NCBI GenBank assembly: GCA_963575745.1
Contig: CAUYUJ010000325.1
Span: 248,001 to 312,000 of the forward strand
Length of the DNA stretch: 64,000 nt
Direction: 5' to 3'
Source: Prorocentrum cordatum
Lineage: Eukaryota
Below the pieces are notes generated by a model, which saw only the letters and a list, made by a program, of their open reading frames with translations, ran no database searches and had not been told where the DNA came from. This document shows positions 13,071-27,200 of the stretch, one piece after another. Numbering within the stretch: position 1 is the first letter of the stretch; the number at the start of each line of letters is the position of its first letter. The position numbers and the translations under genes were made by a program.

Positions 13071-15229
13071 AGCGAAGCGCGGAGAGGGGACAATATCACC
13101 CCGCGCTGGGGCGAAAGCGCCCTTCTGACAGCGGGGTCGCCCAGGGTCGGCGGTGCCAGCCAGAGGCCTCTACAATATGTAGCTGAATCATGCTGGTGAC
13201 GATGTGCGCCCCGGTGCCGGGCCACAAATGCACGGCCCCTGCTCGCGCCGCCACTGCCGGCGAAACGGCTGCCACAACTGCCGCGCTGACAGCGCTGAGA
13301 GCCATTGTCGGCGACCGCGGGGTGCCAAGGCGAGGGGCGAGTTGGCTGAGCTAGTCGCCCGGGCCGCAGCGCGCTGCGGACGCGGCGCCGCGATGCTCCG
13401 CGCAGTCGACCCGCGCGACAAGGCGAGCGGCAAGGATGCGACAATCTTCGAAGGCCACGCCCCGCACTTTGCGCGCGGCGCGGCGGCCGGCGAGATCGGC
13501 CGAGAATGGGCCGGAAGTAACGCGCAGAAAGGTAACCTTGAGATGTCGCTCATCCTCGCTATGCAACCTGACCCTAATTGCGCAGTCTGGCAGGGTGGGC
13601 CGTCGTCTCGTGGGGGAGCTGTCTGGTCGGGCATCTACGAGCCGTCTGGTAGCAGCTGCGAGCTGCCCGGTCAGTGACGCTTGTTGCGCTGTCTGGCGCG
13701 GTAGCTGCGAGCTGTCTGGCAGGGCGCGCTGTCTAGCAGGTCGGTCGCAATGCCCGGACTCGTGCGCGAGCTGTCTGGAAACGCCTGGCAAGGTGGGCCG
13801 TCGAAGGCTGCCGGAGAGCCAGCTCAGCGTCGACATGCCCGAGCCCCTCCGCCCGCCAAGCCCCCCCCCCCCCCTCCTTCCCTCCCATCCTCCTCGCCCC
13901 CCGCCCCTCCTCCCACCTGAGATTCCCATGTCATTCATGGGCCTCGAGCTTGCAGGCCGGCAAAGGGCCCCGCGCGTGCGAGACGCGATGCGAGACGCGC
14001 CGATGTTGATGCTGATGCCGGCTGATTCTCGACGACGGACCACCCCGCCCTCCGACGAAGGGCAGCGCGTCTGGGAGGACGGCGGCCACCGGAGGTCCTG
14101 GGCACTGAAAGTCGCTGCGGCTAGGCGCTGCGAGCGTAGGGGCTGGAAGCGCCGATGGCGGCGGGCGAAGCCTGAGGGCCCTCGTCAGACACCTGGGCAC
14201 TGGGGGCCAGGCGCCCGAATCATAGCGGGCCCGGCTTCGAAAAATTAGCGCCCGAAGCGCCGATGCCCGAGGCTGCCGGCAGTCTGGGCCGCCCTCGGTC
14301 CGCGAGGGCGCAGAAATCCACCTGGCGACGCCGCGCCAAGTCGCTGATGGCGCTGATCTCGGCGCTATGCTGGCGGCCGCCGTCTGGGAGGCCGTGGAAC
14401 TGAACGTGCTGGGGAGCTCGCGATGCAGGCGCGCGCCCACGACGCGCCCCCCTGCCCCCCAAAAACCAATGGCTCTGCTCGCTGAGTTCGCGACGATTGA
14501 CAGCGGCGGCGAATTGCACGGCCCGCCCGCGCGCTGAAGGACGATTTGCGATTAGCTGCCCAGCTTTTGAAGGGCCTAACTGGTGCGTGCCCAGGGCCCC
14601 GACCGATGCCCCAACGCCCGGTGGCCCCCGTGATCTGACGTGGGCGCCCATGCCGGGCGGCGCTCGATGAAGTTGCACTGCTGGTTGACTGAGCCGAGCA
14701 GGTACCGTGTCTGATCCACCGCTTCTGCTACCTGCTTGAACAGCAGGCTGGTAATCATCGGCAATACAATCGCGACCAGCGCCCGCGCGCTGAAGGCGTC
14801 GACCCGGCGCAACTGGGTCGCCGCGGCTGAAGCTGCAACAGAGACAGCGACTGGCGCGGCTTGAGCCTGAACCTCGAAGCTCCCGCTGGTCGCCTGACCG
14901 GCAGCTCGTCGCGGGCGCGCCGCAGCGTCGCGCCGCGGGGCCAGGCCGCGTGGCGAGGGCGCGCGATGGGCATGCCAAGGCCATTGAAGACCGCGCCGAC
15001 ACTGAGGAAGAGGGGCGCGGCCAGCGAACGAGACCGACGCCTGGCAGGCTGGGGCGGGCGCGCGGGCGACCATGGGAAGTCGCTCATCCACGCTGCGCGG
15101 TCTCACTGTGCCTGCGCTGTCTGGTAGGGCGCGCTGTCCGGTGGGGCAGCTGCCCGACTGGGCGGCGAGCTGCCAGGCAGGGTCGCTGCGGCGAGAACAA
15201 GGTTGCGGGCGCGAGCCGCCCTGACTCCG

Positions 15230-16450
15230 AAGCTCGGGCAAAATTTCGAAAACTACCCTGCGCGGCGCTAGCGCGAGAGCGAGACTTTGGAAACGAGCCG
15301 CCCTCCATCTGAGAGAACTGCCGCAAGGCTCAAGGCGGAAATGCGCGGGGCGCTCGGGCGAGAGACGCACGTTGAGGACGGCCCGCCCTCAATCAGCGAA
15401 ACTCTTGCACTCTGTCTGAACGCGCGCGCGGCGCGAAAACGAACGGCGCATCCAGGAAACTGTCGGCCCTCAATTCGCGAAACTCCCGCGCGCGTTGAAA
15501 CCGACTGAGCGCGCCGCTCAGGCGCGAGCAGCGCGCGGGGGGCGACCCGCCCCCCGTCCGCGAAGCTCTTGCAACGCAGCTAAAAAGGGGGCGCGCGGCG
15601 CCAGGGCGAGAGCCGAATTTCGGGGGCGCGCCGCCCTCGACCCGCGAAACAACTGCAGTTTTGCCAAACGAATGTGCGCGGCGCGAAGGCGATAGAGACA
15701 CGTTGAAAACGACCCGCCCTCAAACAACGAATGTCCCGCAAATGGTTGACAGGGGTGCGCGCGTGGCGCCACTGCGAAAGATGCGCCCTGTCGGCGGCCC
15801 GCCCCCCGCCCGCGAAGATCTTGCAAATTTCAGAAACAAGCGCGCGCCGCGCGCTCGGGCGAGAGCAACATTTTGGCAGAGACCCGCCCACGATTAGTGA
15901 AACTCTGGCCAAACTTTCAAAACGATTGCGCGCCGCGCCGAAGCGAGATCCACGCGACGCAGACGGCCCGCCCTCAGTCCGCGAAGCTCTCGCAAATCCC
16001 CACGCCGAGCGCGCGCGGCGCTCGAGCGAGAGCAACCCTTCGGAAGCGGCCCGCCCTCCATCTGCAAAGCCCCTGCAACGCGTGCAAAACGACCGCGCGC
16101 GGCGCTAGGGAAAGCCGCGCGCTGCAAACGACCCGCCCTCGATCCGCGAAGCCCCCGCAAGTTTTGCAAGCGCGCGGCGCCATGGCGAAATCCACATTTT
16201 GAAGGCGGCCCACCCTCGACCCGCGCCACTCGCGGAAGCCGCGACGGAAACGCGGGCGCGCGGCGCTCCGGCGAGGGCCGCACGTCGAAAGCAAGCCCGT
16301 CCTCAAACGGCGAAGCTCTCAAATTTCTGAAACAAATGCGCGCGGCGTTCAAGCGAGAACCGCGCGTCGTCGACGACCCGCCCTCAATCCGCGCACCCCC
16401 CGCAAGCTTGTCAGAGCGAATGCGCACGGCGCTACGGCGAGAGCCACATT
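15230..16450. repeat. Highly degenerate tandem repeat (~60-bp scale)
   Basis: Recurring CCCGCCCTC(A)ATC...CGAAACTCT...GCGCGCGGCGC words. Confidence 0.7.
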
Positions 16451-19400
16451 GTGGAAGCGAGGGGGGCCCCTCGCCCCCCCCTCCTCCCCCCGCCCTCGCC
16501 ATTGCCATCATCGTCGCCCATCGGGCGCTGGGGCAACGCTTCCAGCGCGAGAAAATCAAAATTTTGTCGACGGGGGAGAAGGGGGGGTCTCGTGAACTTC
16601 CGGGGGTTTGTCCACGATCGCTCTAGCTGCCCGTCGCCGGGCTCTGGCAAGTCGCCCAGCTTCCCAGCGCCCATCGTCGGCGCTTCTTCGGTCGGACATT
16701 GCGACTCCAGTGCGAAACTGCCGTCGTCGGGCGCTCCCTTGACGCGGCCGATCGACGCCCGGGCGCACCCCGTGCACGTGCGTCGTTGGGCTCAGTTTGT
16801 GAGACGCGATCCTTTTCATCGGTCGAATCAAAGATAGGGTTGCGTCAGATTTGGCTCCGAAAAATGCCACCAGGCGCGCCGAGTGCGCGATGTAAAACAA
16901 AGAGATGTCACCGATCTCAGTCGCGCAGCAGCGCGTGGTTCTTGGATTCCCAAATGTTCTAAGCATCTTCCAGCGTCCCCAGAACCGATGGGAACGCGCA
17001 AATCTCTGCGTCGGGGCGCGCGCCGGAGCGAATGCGGGGGTCGAACGGCACGCGCGGACATCCGCAAACAAAGTGGCGCACGTCACGGAGCCTTCTCGCG
17101 TCGCGCTCGCCAGGGTCGTGTCCTGGTGCTTCGGGCGTTGGCGGTGGCGGCGCGCCGGCGCTGCCGGCTGCCTCCCGTGCACGCCCCAGGGGCGGGCTGA
17201 TTGACGTGCGTGATGACGGGGCACCGCCAGCGCAGCGCCCCCCCCCTTCCTCGTGGAAAGGGGCCCGCCTCTTCCCGAGCCCCCCCGGCAAGTTTCGCGG
17301 AGGGAGGTGCGCGATCAGCGCGCCCTCTCTCGTAAGTATTTCTTTCCTCTTCCATTATCCGATGGTCCTTTTGCAGCGAACTCGCGCTTGTTCAGCTCCA
17401 TGCTGCGGCGCGCGTGCACGTCGACGCGCGCGGCGGAAGCGGTTTTGCACCTCGCGCAAACGACAGACGGAGGCATCACCTCCCCCTCTGTCACGTATGA
17501 CAGCGAGATGCAGAAGCACACCAATGGCGGGCAAGTGTAAACATGTTTCGCGCATGCCGCGGCTATAGAGGCGACTCGGCCATGGCCCTCTCCAGTATTT
17601 GAACGCTGCAATTGTAAGATTGCTGGCTGATGAGCAGGCGCTAAAGGCCTGGGGTACCTCGGCTGGCCCTCTAATGCTGCGCGGCAAGCTCCGCTCTCGC
17701 TTTCGCTTCGCCCTGTGCTTTTCTGGCCCGGGGCCAGCGGGGATATTGACCTCGCCCTCCTCTGGCGCGTTATCCTTATCCTCCTCGTTGGCCTCCGAGG
17801 CAGATGGCGCCGTCGTCGTCTGAAACTCTGCCCTCCTCGGGGCCGCGTCGGCCTTCCGGCGCGCGGTCGGGCCCCCAGGAGCGGGGTCGGCGCATCGGGG
17901 TCGATCCCCGCAAGCTCTCCGCAATGCGCGAGCCTCTCCTCCGAGGGGCTAGCGGGATTAAGCGATGGGGAGGGGTGCGTCTCCACGCCTCGAGACCAGC
18001 GCGCGAACCCCACTTCATCTAGCGCTGCCGTGTAGGTCCCAGGTGACGAAATTGATGAGGTGCTGGGACATCTGTGCTCGGTCACTCGTGGTTCGTGCTA
18101 TTGGAATTTTGCGGCGAGGGCTACGCGACCCCCTGCGAATCTCACGTCTCAGCCGCTTGGCGCCCAGTGGCCCGCTCCCGCGACGGGCCCTCTCCTGCGC
18201 CGAGTCATTGATCTTCCTTGAGGGGGCGAGAGTCGCCCCCCGAACTCCGCTGGCCTGTTCTCCGAGCGAGCCAGGGCCCACGCGGGGCCGGAGATCCAGC
18301 TCGAAGTTGCCCCGTCGAGAAGATGAAGCGACAGACGCACGCAGCCCCCGCTTGCGGGTCTTGCGTCAGCGGCGTGGGGCCGCGCAGCTGCGCGGAAAAT
18401 GTTCGCCGGCATCAGACAGCGCCATTGCTTCCCCCCCAAGGCTTGCCATCTACGACGAGGAACACTCGGTGCGACGTGCCGCGCTCGACGGATCCAGGAG
18501 ATGAAGCTCGCTCGCGACGTTCGAACCGTCGCCAAAAAACTCGCGGGCCACCGGGTAATTCGCGCGGATGACAGTCGCTGCCCCCGCATCCTCGAACGCG
18601 TGCACTCCACGGGCTTTCGCGCCAGTGCACTGCTTGGTCTTGGTCCTGCCGCCTTCGTCATCCCGCGAGACAACGAAGACGCCCGCGTCGATCGTGACCC
18701 CCAGGGGGTTAGCGTCGACCACATGGGGGAGAACGACGACAGCCTTGCCGCATCATCTATTATTTACAAGACTTCGGGGAGACCGCGACCGTGGGGGATC
18801 GCCCATACAGCGAAATGCTCGCTGCTTTCATCCAGGATTCTCCTTGGAGCGAACGCGTCGCAAAGTGTCGCATTCTGGCCATTGGCCGCGCGCAGGCGCC
18901 CGGGCGCCATCCGCCCCGCAATTTGAAGCGAGCCTCCGCGGGCGGGGGTGGCGCTGCCACCCGAATGGTTGGCCAGCAACTGGGACTGGCTGGCGTTCGC
19001 GATAATTCTACACTTGCCATATTCCGCCTGGTCGGGCGCCGCGGTCTTTGAGAGCTCCTTCGGAGCAAATTCGTCCGCCGCGTGCCGCTTGAGCAATGGA
19101 ATCGCAGTCGATCTGCGACTCGGGTGCAAGGCTTCGACCGAAAAGCCTGCCCTCTGCAGGCCCTTGCCCGCGATGGTCGGAGACCGATGAGTCTCCGAAG
19201 AAGCAAAGGCCTTCTCACAGGCGATCAAACTCTCGCCTGTGCGGCACCTCAACGAGCGATCTCCACCGCGAAGGGTCGACTGCTCGGGGATGCGATCCGC
19301 GAGACTCGCCCACCAAACGAGGGTGCTGATTTCCTGCTCCTGGGGGCAGTCCGCCTGGGACTTTCTCTGCGCCTCCATCTCCATCGCCTTGGTCGCCTTG

Positions 19401-19677
19401 ATCCATCTGGCGGGTCGCGCGGACATTGTCCGGTTCCCCGCCGCCGCCGCCTCAGTGAGGTCAACGCAATCCTTCATATGATCGTTTGGCTTGAGCCAGA
19501 TCTGCATGTGTTTTCCAATGGGATGGTGGGATCATGCCGGGCAAGCGTGCTTTGTCGTCGAATTGAAGCACGAGAAGGAAACGTCGGCCCATGGAATGCG
19601 GGCCGCCAGGTGCTTGCATGCAACCCACTCCGCGAAAGCTGGGGGGCCCACGTCAACGCGCCCCAGCTTCGGCAGCG

Positions 19678-20390
19678 CTAGAGTGATTTCGGGGTATCCG
19701 CTAGAGTCCCGGCGCAAGTCGCCCGGCGCGTTAGACATTGCATTCGCCCCCGGTGACGGGTGGGCACACTGCGTCCACGACTGGCATCGGTGGGGGCCTG
19801 ATTGAGCTCTGCGCAGAGGTGGTTGGCCCGTTGAGAATACACGGCCATGTCGTCTACAAACGCGCACCCCATTCTCCCCGTGAGTTCGGCCAGGAAGTGC
19901 CAACTGTCACCTTCAGGGTGCTCTCCGCGTCTGTAGAGCTCGGGGTCTCTGATCAACATGATACGGCGGGTATGCCCAAGTTCCTCCCAGTAGAGCATCC
20001 CATTGTTGGCAGCGGCAGCGCCGCGGCCAGCTTGGGTGTTCCAAGCGGCGTGCGCGCCGCTTTCTGGCGGTATCCCCCAAAACTGGGCATCGCCCATTCC
20101 CAGTGCCACCATGAACGCGCACTCAGGCATGACATGGCCTGCTTGGAGGTCCACAAGCTGTTCGACCTGATCTAACGCGTATCTCCCGAACTCGACATAC
20201 TCCTGCGCGCCTGCGCCACTGCCCGCGCCGCGAAAGACACGGTCCTCGTCGGTGTCGAAGTCGTTTCCACTCCGCAGCGTCACGCGAACATTCAAGGTCT
20301 CGCCAATCCCGAACTTCAGCGGTTTCGGCACCCTGCCAAAATCACTGATATTGTCCAGGGTGGTACCTCCTCTGATCATGCTCTGGCAGC
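19678..20390 (-). pseudogene. SGNH/GDSL-hydrolase-like ORF fragment, probably TE-associated
   Basis: IRGG (block II-like), SGNDF (block III GxND-like) and DSWH (block V DxxH) in correct order; block I is not seen and the 5' end abuts an LTR-element remnant. Confidence 0.5.
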
Positions 20391-20449
20391 AGCCGCGTTG
20401 TTATGGAGCGCGTCCCGGAGGGGGTTGGCGGGCGGTTTGGCATTTGCGC

Positions 20450-21870
20450 CCCCGTATAGAACTGCGCAGTTGAATATGAGAAAGTCCGAAAGTTGACATT
20501 AATGTAGGACTTTCTCCTGCCGGATTTCCCCGTCGATTCCGAGAGCAGTAGCCCCCTGTACCAATCACTGATAAGGCGGTTCTGGTGCTGATATGCCACA
20601 ATCCATCACGATATGGCCCAATATGATTGGCTAGACGTGGCCGTTGCTGACGAATGTGCCAAGAATATGTTGTCCACGCGCGTCGCCAAGCACAGTGTCG
20701 ATCTCCTCTTGAGTGACCGGCACAGTCGATGCTGGAGACGACGGTGGAGTAAGTGGTGGGTTGCTTTGCGCCACGTGCTCGCCGATTTCCATCGCGTAGC
20801 AACGTTCCTGCCCGATGCCGAGTTCCTGGGGCACGTCGTCAAAGCAAGCCCATTGTTCAAACGTTGTGGACATCTGAAGTTACGGCGCCAGATAATCGCC
20901 AATACCCCACATATATCCCTCAACGCTGTCATAAGCATCGTTCCAAGAAAAATGCATAATCAAATGTGCGGGTTTGTTTTCTACAAAGAGTTGGTGGTAC
21001 TCTACGTGCCTTCAAGATACTGAACCATCATGTTATGCATAATCCCTATATCGTCCCTTTCCTTCTCCATCATTGCGCTGTGATGCGCCATGGCTGGAGG
21101 AAACGCATGTATTGCACAACATACGACGGCCATCATTACCAATAGGGTGTAGCTGTCTGCCTTTCCCTGTGCCGGTGGTGCGACGACCTCTGCTCTGACC
21201 TCCACCTCCGAAGCGCATTTCGTCGTATTCGTCGTTAGCTACAGACGCCTTGAATGAGGCGATGCCTTTGCCGTGTAACACCCTCCTATGTCCGCCTTTA
21301 CCCTTGCCCCACCCTTTAATATGGAAGGTCCGCCTGATGTATTTACGCACGTGGCGTACAAGCTCCTGTATGCACCTCCTCCACCTCCTCTTGGCATGAC
21401 GCATGGCGGAATAGGTGAAAGCAGCCTTCCGATCATCAGTAAGATGTGCAGGTATGTATTCTTGATCAGTATGGTGATTCGGAGTCGGCTTCTGTGCCAG
21501 AATCGAACGGTGTGGCATGTGCAGCCTGGCCACCTTGGCCACAAAGGGTGGTAGTAGGTAGCGTTGGGTGAGTAGGTGGTGAACAGGTCTTGTCTGCACT
21601 GCCAACTGCCTGGCTACCAGACACCTGGCCCGTGAGAAGGGCTGCGCCTTCAGCAGAAATGTCTGACAATCTGTTGTATCCAATGGTCGTTTCGACACCA
21701 CTACCGATAAGGAGTGCACAACCGTTTTGGAAGCGTGACGCGTTGCCGTGTCATCGTCCAAACACCCCACCGATGTTCCCAGGAGATCGTTCAGCAATGT
21801 TGTTCGGCAAATATTACTGAAACACACTGGGTGTGGCCCCACGCGGACTAACACATAACAGTACAGCATA
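20450..21870 (-). mobile_element. Decayed LTR-retrotransposon (copia-type) gag/protease region
   Basis: Basic AKRRWRR..VRKYIRR..KGWGKGKG tract, then a degenerate zinc knuckle HPIGNDGRRMLCNTCVSSSH; many stops; relatively TG/CA-rich. Confidence 0.55.
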
Positions 21871-22549
21871 ATATGGCGTGCAAGTATCTATGTATACGAC
21901 CCGCGTGCGCAGCTACATCCCGTATGCATACGGGCAATGCCTTCACGTCTTTTGTTTTCATATGATGCATCCGCAGATGAATTACGCACGTCCGTCATCG
22001 ATGCTGTGTGCTTGTGCTCTCGTTGAAAGAAAAGCAAATGCACCATATTGTTGGTAGCAGTACGTGTGCATGTCATGTTCTCGTGGCATGCGTGTGGGCG
22101 TGTGTGTATTGCGTATGTTCTCCAAATGTTCTATTACACCATGTACGTGCACTCGTGCTGCATGGTACATATGAATGTACACATTGCGCGTTCGGCACGT
22201 GGGTTACACATGAGTGTTGTACTGTGCCGAGTACATGTGGTGTGTCGTGTCAGTGGCCATGTAGAATCCTTTGTCTAGGTAAAGTGAAGTGTGATATGCA
22301 CGTCTGCTCTCACACGATGTATGCGAAATATGTTTGTGATTAGTTGGTTGTATTAACATGCCCTCGTCAAAGATGCCTGGGTGCCCCGTTTGTCGCAACT
22401 GGAAATGTGGAAACCAAAAGTTACCGATACCACTACCCCCTGAACGTCTCCTGGACTCAATCTGACCAGAATTACGATGCGAATCCAGCGGTGGCGACGA
22501 GGGCCTCCCCTGAGGGCCGAAAAGGGGAGAACCGTCGAAACCTAGCTGT

Positions 22550-24293
22550 ATGGGTACGGCTTCCGCCTCTGAGGAACGGCCCGATCACAAAACTCGTTGT
22601 GATCGGTCCCTTCTAGCCGCAGATCGGTCCCCTGTGGCTGCGATCGGCCGCGCTCGCCCCCGGTGGGGGGGCCGCACACCGCCGCCCCTGGCTCAGGCGC
22701 GCGCGTCGCCAGCGGGCGGACCGCGCCAGGGCCCACCGCCCACCACCTCGGGAGGGCGCCGGCTACAGTCCAGTTTGATTAGAGAGGACATGCGAGAGGA
22801 CACAAGACCCTCCCGAGGGCCACATTGCCATAGAAATGTAAAGAGGCATGGGTCGCGAAACACAGGGTACCTACTAATCAACTTCGCCTGCGTCCACTTA
22901 CGCCATCAGCGAACACAATCGTACCTTTGCGCTATCGCCACCGTTGGCAACTTCCCTGCGTGCCGACGCCCGCCGCAGTCGCGCACACCCTGTGCGTGCC
23001 GACGCGCGTCGTCACGCAGGGCGTGTTGCGAGGCGCCGAGTCCAAGCCATTTCCGCTCAGCCCGATCATATCGTTGATGGCGCACTGGTACCTGCCATCC
23101 GTCGTCTGGACAAAACATAACAACGAAGACGCACGTTGTCGCGCGTATCAACCCCACGGTGGCTGTTCCAAACCAATGCATGATGACAGGACATATACTA
23201 ATAATAAGAGTAAATACTAAGAATAATAATAACAATAGTAACAACGATAGCAATACTAATAATAACTGAATGAATTAATACCAGTAATAATAATAATAAT
23301 AATAACACTAACAATAATAGTATTGACGATGCTAATTATGGGACAAATTATAATAATAATAATAATAATCGTAATGATAGTGGTAGTAATACTAATCATA
23401 ATAATAATAATACGAATAAGAAGAGTAGTAATAATAAAAATAATAATATTAATATTAATATGAATAATACTAATACTTTGGATAACAATACTAAAGACAA
23501 TAATACTAACAACAATAATACTACGAAAATCAATATAAAAAAGGAAGAATACGACTAAGCGACAAAGGGGTCGAAAGGCCTGGGAACCATCTTGAAACAA
23601 TAACACATCGGACGTATAACTGTCTAGCTCCCCTGCTGCACCACTCCTGGTCGACAAGTCCTGGACCCAAAATTCCCCGACGTGAACGCTGGTTTTGACA
23701 CCGCGTCGATCGCTCATATTGAGCGACCTCGGGTATCCGACAGCGGAAATCTGTGACCTGACTCAGGCCGCTGATGGCCCTGGACCTTGGGTCCCGGGGC
23801 CTGGCGAAAGCACCTCGGAAGCCTAGGTCACTGCTGGCCTGCGAACCCCGACTCGGACCGCCGCTGGCCATTCGAGTTGATTTGGGCATTTCCACGGCCC
23901 TCCCGATGCTGGAAACCTACCTTGGGAACTCGCGTAAACGTCCGAACACCTCGTACCTGGAGTTTCAGTACAATGGAAGTATGCGGACGAGGAGGAGGAA
24001 GAGGAAGAGCACGGACAAGGATAAGGAAGGAGGGGAGAGGAAGAGCAAAAGGAAGGGGGAAGGAGGAGAAGGGAGGAGAAGGAAGGATAATGAAGCAGAA
24101 GGACGGAGGAGGAAATAATAGGGACAATTGGGAGGGTGGTGACGGGGGATGTGGAGGAGGGATGAGGAAGGATGCGGAAGAGGTGGCCAGGACAACTGCG
24201 AGGAAAGATGTGCAGCCTAAATTTTCCGAGCAGCGGAATGTAAGTGATAAGGGCGCGTCTGACAGCAAGCGCGGTGCGCGGTACCAGCTGTAA
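22550..24293 (+). CDS. Candidate spliced gene(s) of unknown product
   Basis: Phase-consistent introns 22958-23019 (GC..AG|G, 15-bp inverted repeats), 23190-23577 (GA..AG|G, AAT-rich) and 23992-24190 (GA..AG|G, purine-rich). A stop at 23698 splits the model; no recognisable domain. Confidence 0.35.
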
Positions 24294-27200
24294 ACGGCAG
24301 CGGAGGAAGGACAGCAATAGCACAGACACGGATGGGGTGAAATAGGCAGGGCAGCGGGACGTACCGTTCGAGTCTGGTGCTCGGACACTTTCGTATTGAC
24401 CTCGTTACTGCGACCCGGCTGATGGTTGCTGGTTGGCTGCGTCATTGGCCACATTCGGAAACATGCCATCGATGGGCGATATGCTGATCGCGCAGAGGAG
24501 ACTACTAACACAGGGCGTACCGCATGATTGTTGGCGCTCCATTAACGCAATCAGCTGGAGCAGCGCTCAAGTAGATGATCAGCTTCGTCGTAACCCGTGA
24601 CCGCGAACGACGACAAAATTTGACGTTCTCGCGGCTGCTGGGTAGATCGACCCGCGTCCTGGTGAGCGGAGCTACGGCGGTCGACCTCATGACGCAGTCA
24701 CTCAAGTCGACTCTTCACCGCTGGGCGAGGGAACTGTGCAGCGAGCTCGGGGCGGCCTTCTGCCTCTTCTCGTCGATGAACTTTGTGCATGTAGGTTGAC
24801 GACCGAAGAGTCGAACCTACTGAGATACCCGCAGGTAGACGAAGGCAAGGGAGAGGGCGTCGATCCCTTTCTCCCACGCGCCGCGGGCAGGCGGCGCCGC
24901 ATCTGTTTCCAGTAGCTGAGCCAGGACGGTAGCAGAATGGATTGAGAGAAAGGTACTATGAGCGGACATCGCGCGCGCGAGCCCCGCCCCGAATCCCGCC
25001 AGCGCCTCGCGGGCCTCGGGCCCATGGGAGACGAAGGCGGGGCTCGGGATCGGAGGCGCGAGGTCCACTCAGCGCGCCTGCCCATCCCCTGCGACCTCCA
25101 GACGAGGCCGTCACGCAGGGCACTTGAAGGAGTCCACCCGCCTTGGCCCGGGGCGCGCCCCGCAAAAACGCCCCGGCGCGCCCGGGCGCCCCCTTCTCCA
25201 CGGATGGCAATGTTGGGAGAACAAGGGGTAGAAGAAGTGGAAGACGATGCCGCGTCGCAGATGCCAGCGCGGGCGCTTCCCCGGCACGCCGCGCGCAGAG
25301 GGAAGAAAGTCAGATCGCGCGGGCGCATGGCAACCCGAAGCTCTGATCCAAGCGTCTCGCGATCAAAGTGGCGACGACAACTGCCCATGACATGCTCAGA
25401 AACTGGTCAACCAACGGGCGCCCCAGATCCAAACTCAAGTTGGCATTCGCATCGGATCTGCCGCGGCAACTGATCAAATAAGTTGCGCTTGGTCGACGCT
25501 GTTACAACATCATGTCAATGCCGTGACACTGTAGCGCGATGCGCGAGGCGCTCCATCTCGAGCGCGAAGGATACCCGCGCCCTTGCCCAGGCGAGGCGAG
25601 GCGGCAAGGGGCGGGGGGGGCGACGCGCCGCAGCCCGCGGCGGTTGCGCAAGAGAAGATGCGGCGGCCCTTGGGACATTACAACATTACAAGACGCTGTC
25701 TTCTCCGGGCATCCGCTTGCACCGAAGGCGCACGCGTTCCAATCGGCAGAGTGGCCGACCGCGCGTTGGTCGCTCTCGAGCAAAAGTAGATCGTTTGGAG
25801 GCGCGCCTACGAAGGCGCACAAGCAAGCGTTTGGGGCTCGACGCGCAAAAATGCGCCCCGGGCGCCCTGGGCGGGCGCCGCTGCAATCCCGCGCGCGCCC
25901 CAAACGCCCGGTGCCCCGATGGCCAGGCGCGGTCGCCAGGGGCTGCTCCCTGGAAAACCCGCCTGGCGCCGCCCCAGCTAGGTCCGGGCGCGCGTCGGGG
26001 GGCGCAGCCGCCGACGCGCGTTGATGGCGCACCCGGACACGCGCCCGCACCTAATCAAGGCGGCGCTTGGTCGAAATCACACTCGGGTGCACGCGCGGCC
26101 ACCGAGAGCTCCCCCGAACGCGGCCGCAGAGGCCCCTGGGGGGCGCGCGATTGCAGCGACGCTCCGGCGGGCAGGCCCAAATTCAACAGAGTGGTAGTGC
26201 CTGCCCCCAAATGGGACAGGCACCACCACTCCAATGCTGTCCTAAACCCCGCGGACACCCCCGATGCCCCCAGACGTCCCCGACGCAAACCAGGGCGCGT
26301 CGCTGCAATCGAACAACCAGCAGTTCAGCGCGCCATTGCGCCCTGACGCGCGGACGCTGAAACCGCGCGCGCGAGGCAGGCCGATCGGGCGCAGCGGCGG
26401 GCGCCCAGTCCAGCGGGCGGCCCGTTTCACCCAGGCCGACCCAGGGCTAGAGCACGTTTAGGACTAATGACTCCAGGCCCCAAGGTTATGCGATGCACCT
26501 CCAACAGTTTACAAAAGAGAGAATGCCACTGAATGAAGAGTCACCGGAATCATGCTTTGCATATGTCGTACTCTGTGTTTCCGACATCATATGAAGAGAA
26601 AGTGACATGTATATTGTGACAAGATTTGCGACGGGCGACCTGCCTGGGTGCGTTCGTGCCCTTGAGGTCGCCAAGAGTGTCATGCGTGAGTGGCGGGCGA
26701 CCTGCCAGGGTAGGTTTATGCCCACAACGCCAACACATGTGTCACGACATGCTGCCGTGTGAGAGTCGCAAGAAATATGGCATGAATGCCAACGTATACG
26801 TGACGAAATCATATCATCTTAAATCAATCAACGAAACCTGCGGGCATCAGAATACAAATCACCCCAAATACAGTTGCCATGGATATCGACTTGTCCAATC
26901 GTGCGAGTAGCAATCTTATCAAGCCAAATAGATTCACAATCGTTCTCGCCGATCTGATTCCATTTGCTCAGATAGTACGACCAATATCGGTATGTGTTGT
27001 CGCGGTAGTGCTCGAGGTCGTAGCGCCGCCGCGCCCAGGGGGGCGCCCTGCGGGTGCCGTTCCGAATGCGATTGCTGGTCATGTGCTGCGAGCCTCGCGG
27101 CAGGCGCGGCGGCGCAATCGGCCTCCGCGCCCGCCGCGATCGGCGCGGCAGCTGTTGCAGCCCCGCCACTCCAGTCTGCGTCGCCAGGAACAGGGCCGCC

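Noticed and set aside
9870..19500. Specific gene calls for the many GC-rich ORFs
   Set aside because: Overlapping Arg/Ala/Pro-rich frames on both strands with no ordered motif set I can support; probably decayed TE sequence.
22480..22610. Hammerhead ribozyme
   Set aside because: Stems and a GAAAC..GTA segment exist, but the CUGANGA core is not correctly placed before stem II.
16546..24635. Terminal inverted repeats of an 8-kb transposon (CGCGAGAA..TCAAA.TTTTGTCG at ~16547 and inverted at ~24610)
   Set aside because: The match is short and imperfect with no target-site duplication seen; more likely two decayed copies of one repeat family in opposite orientation.
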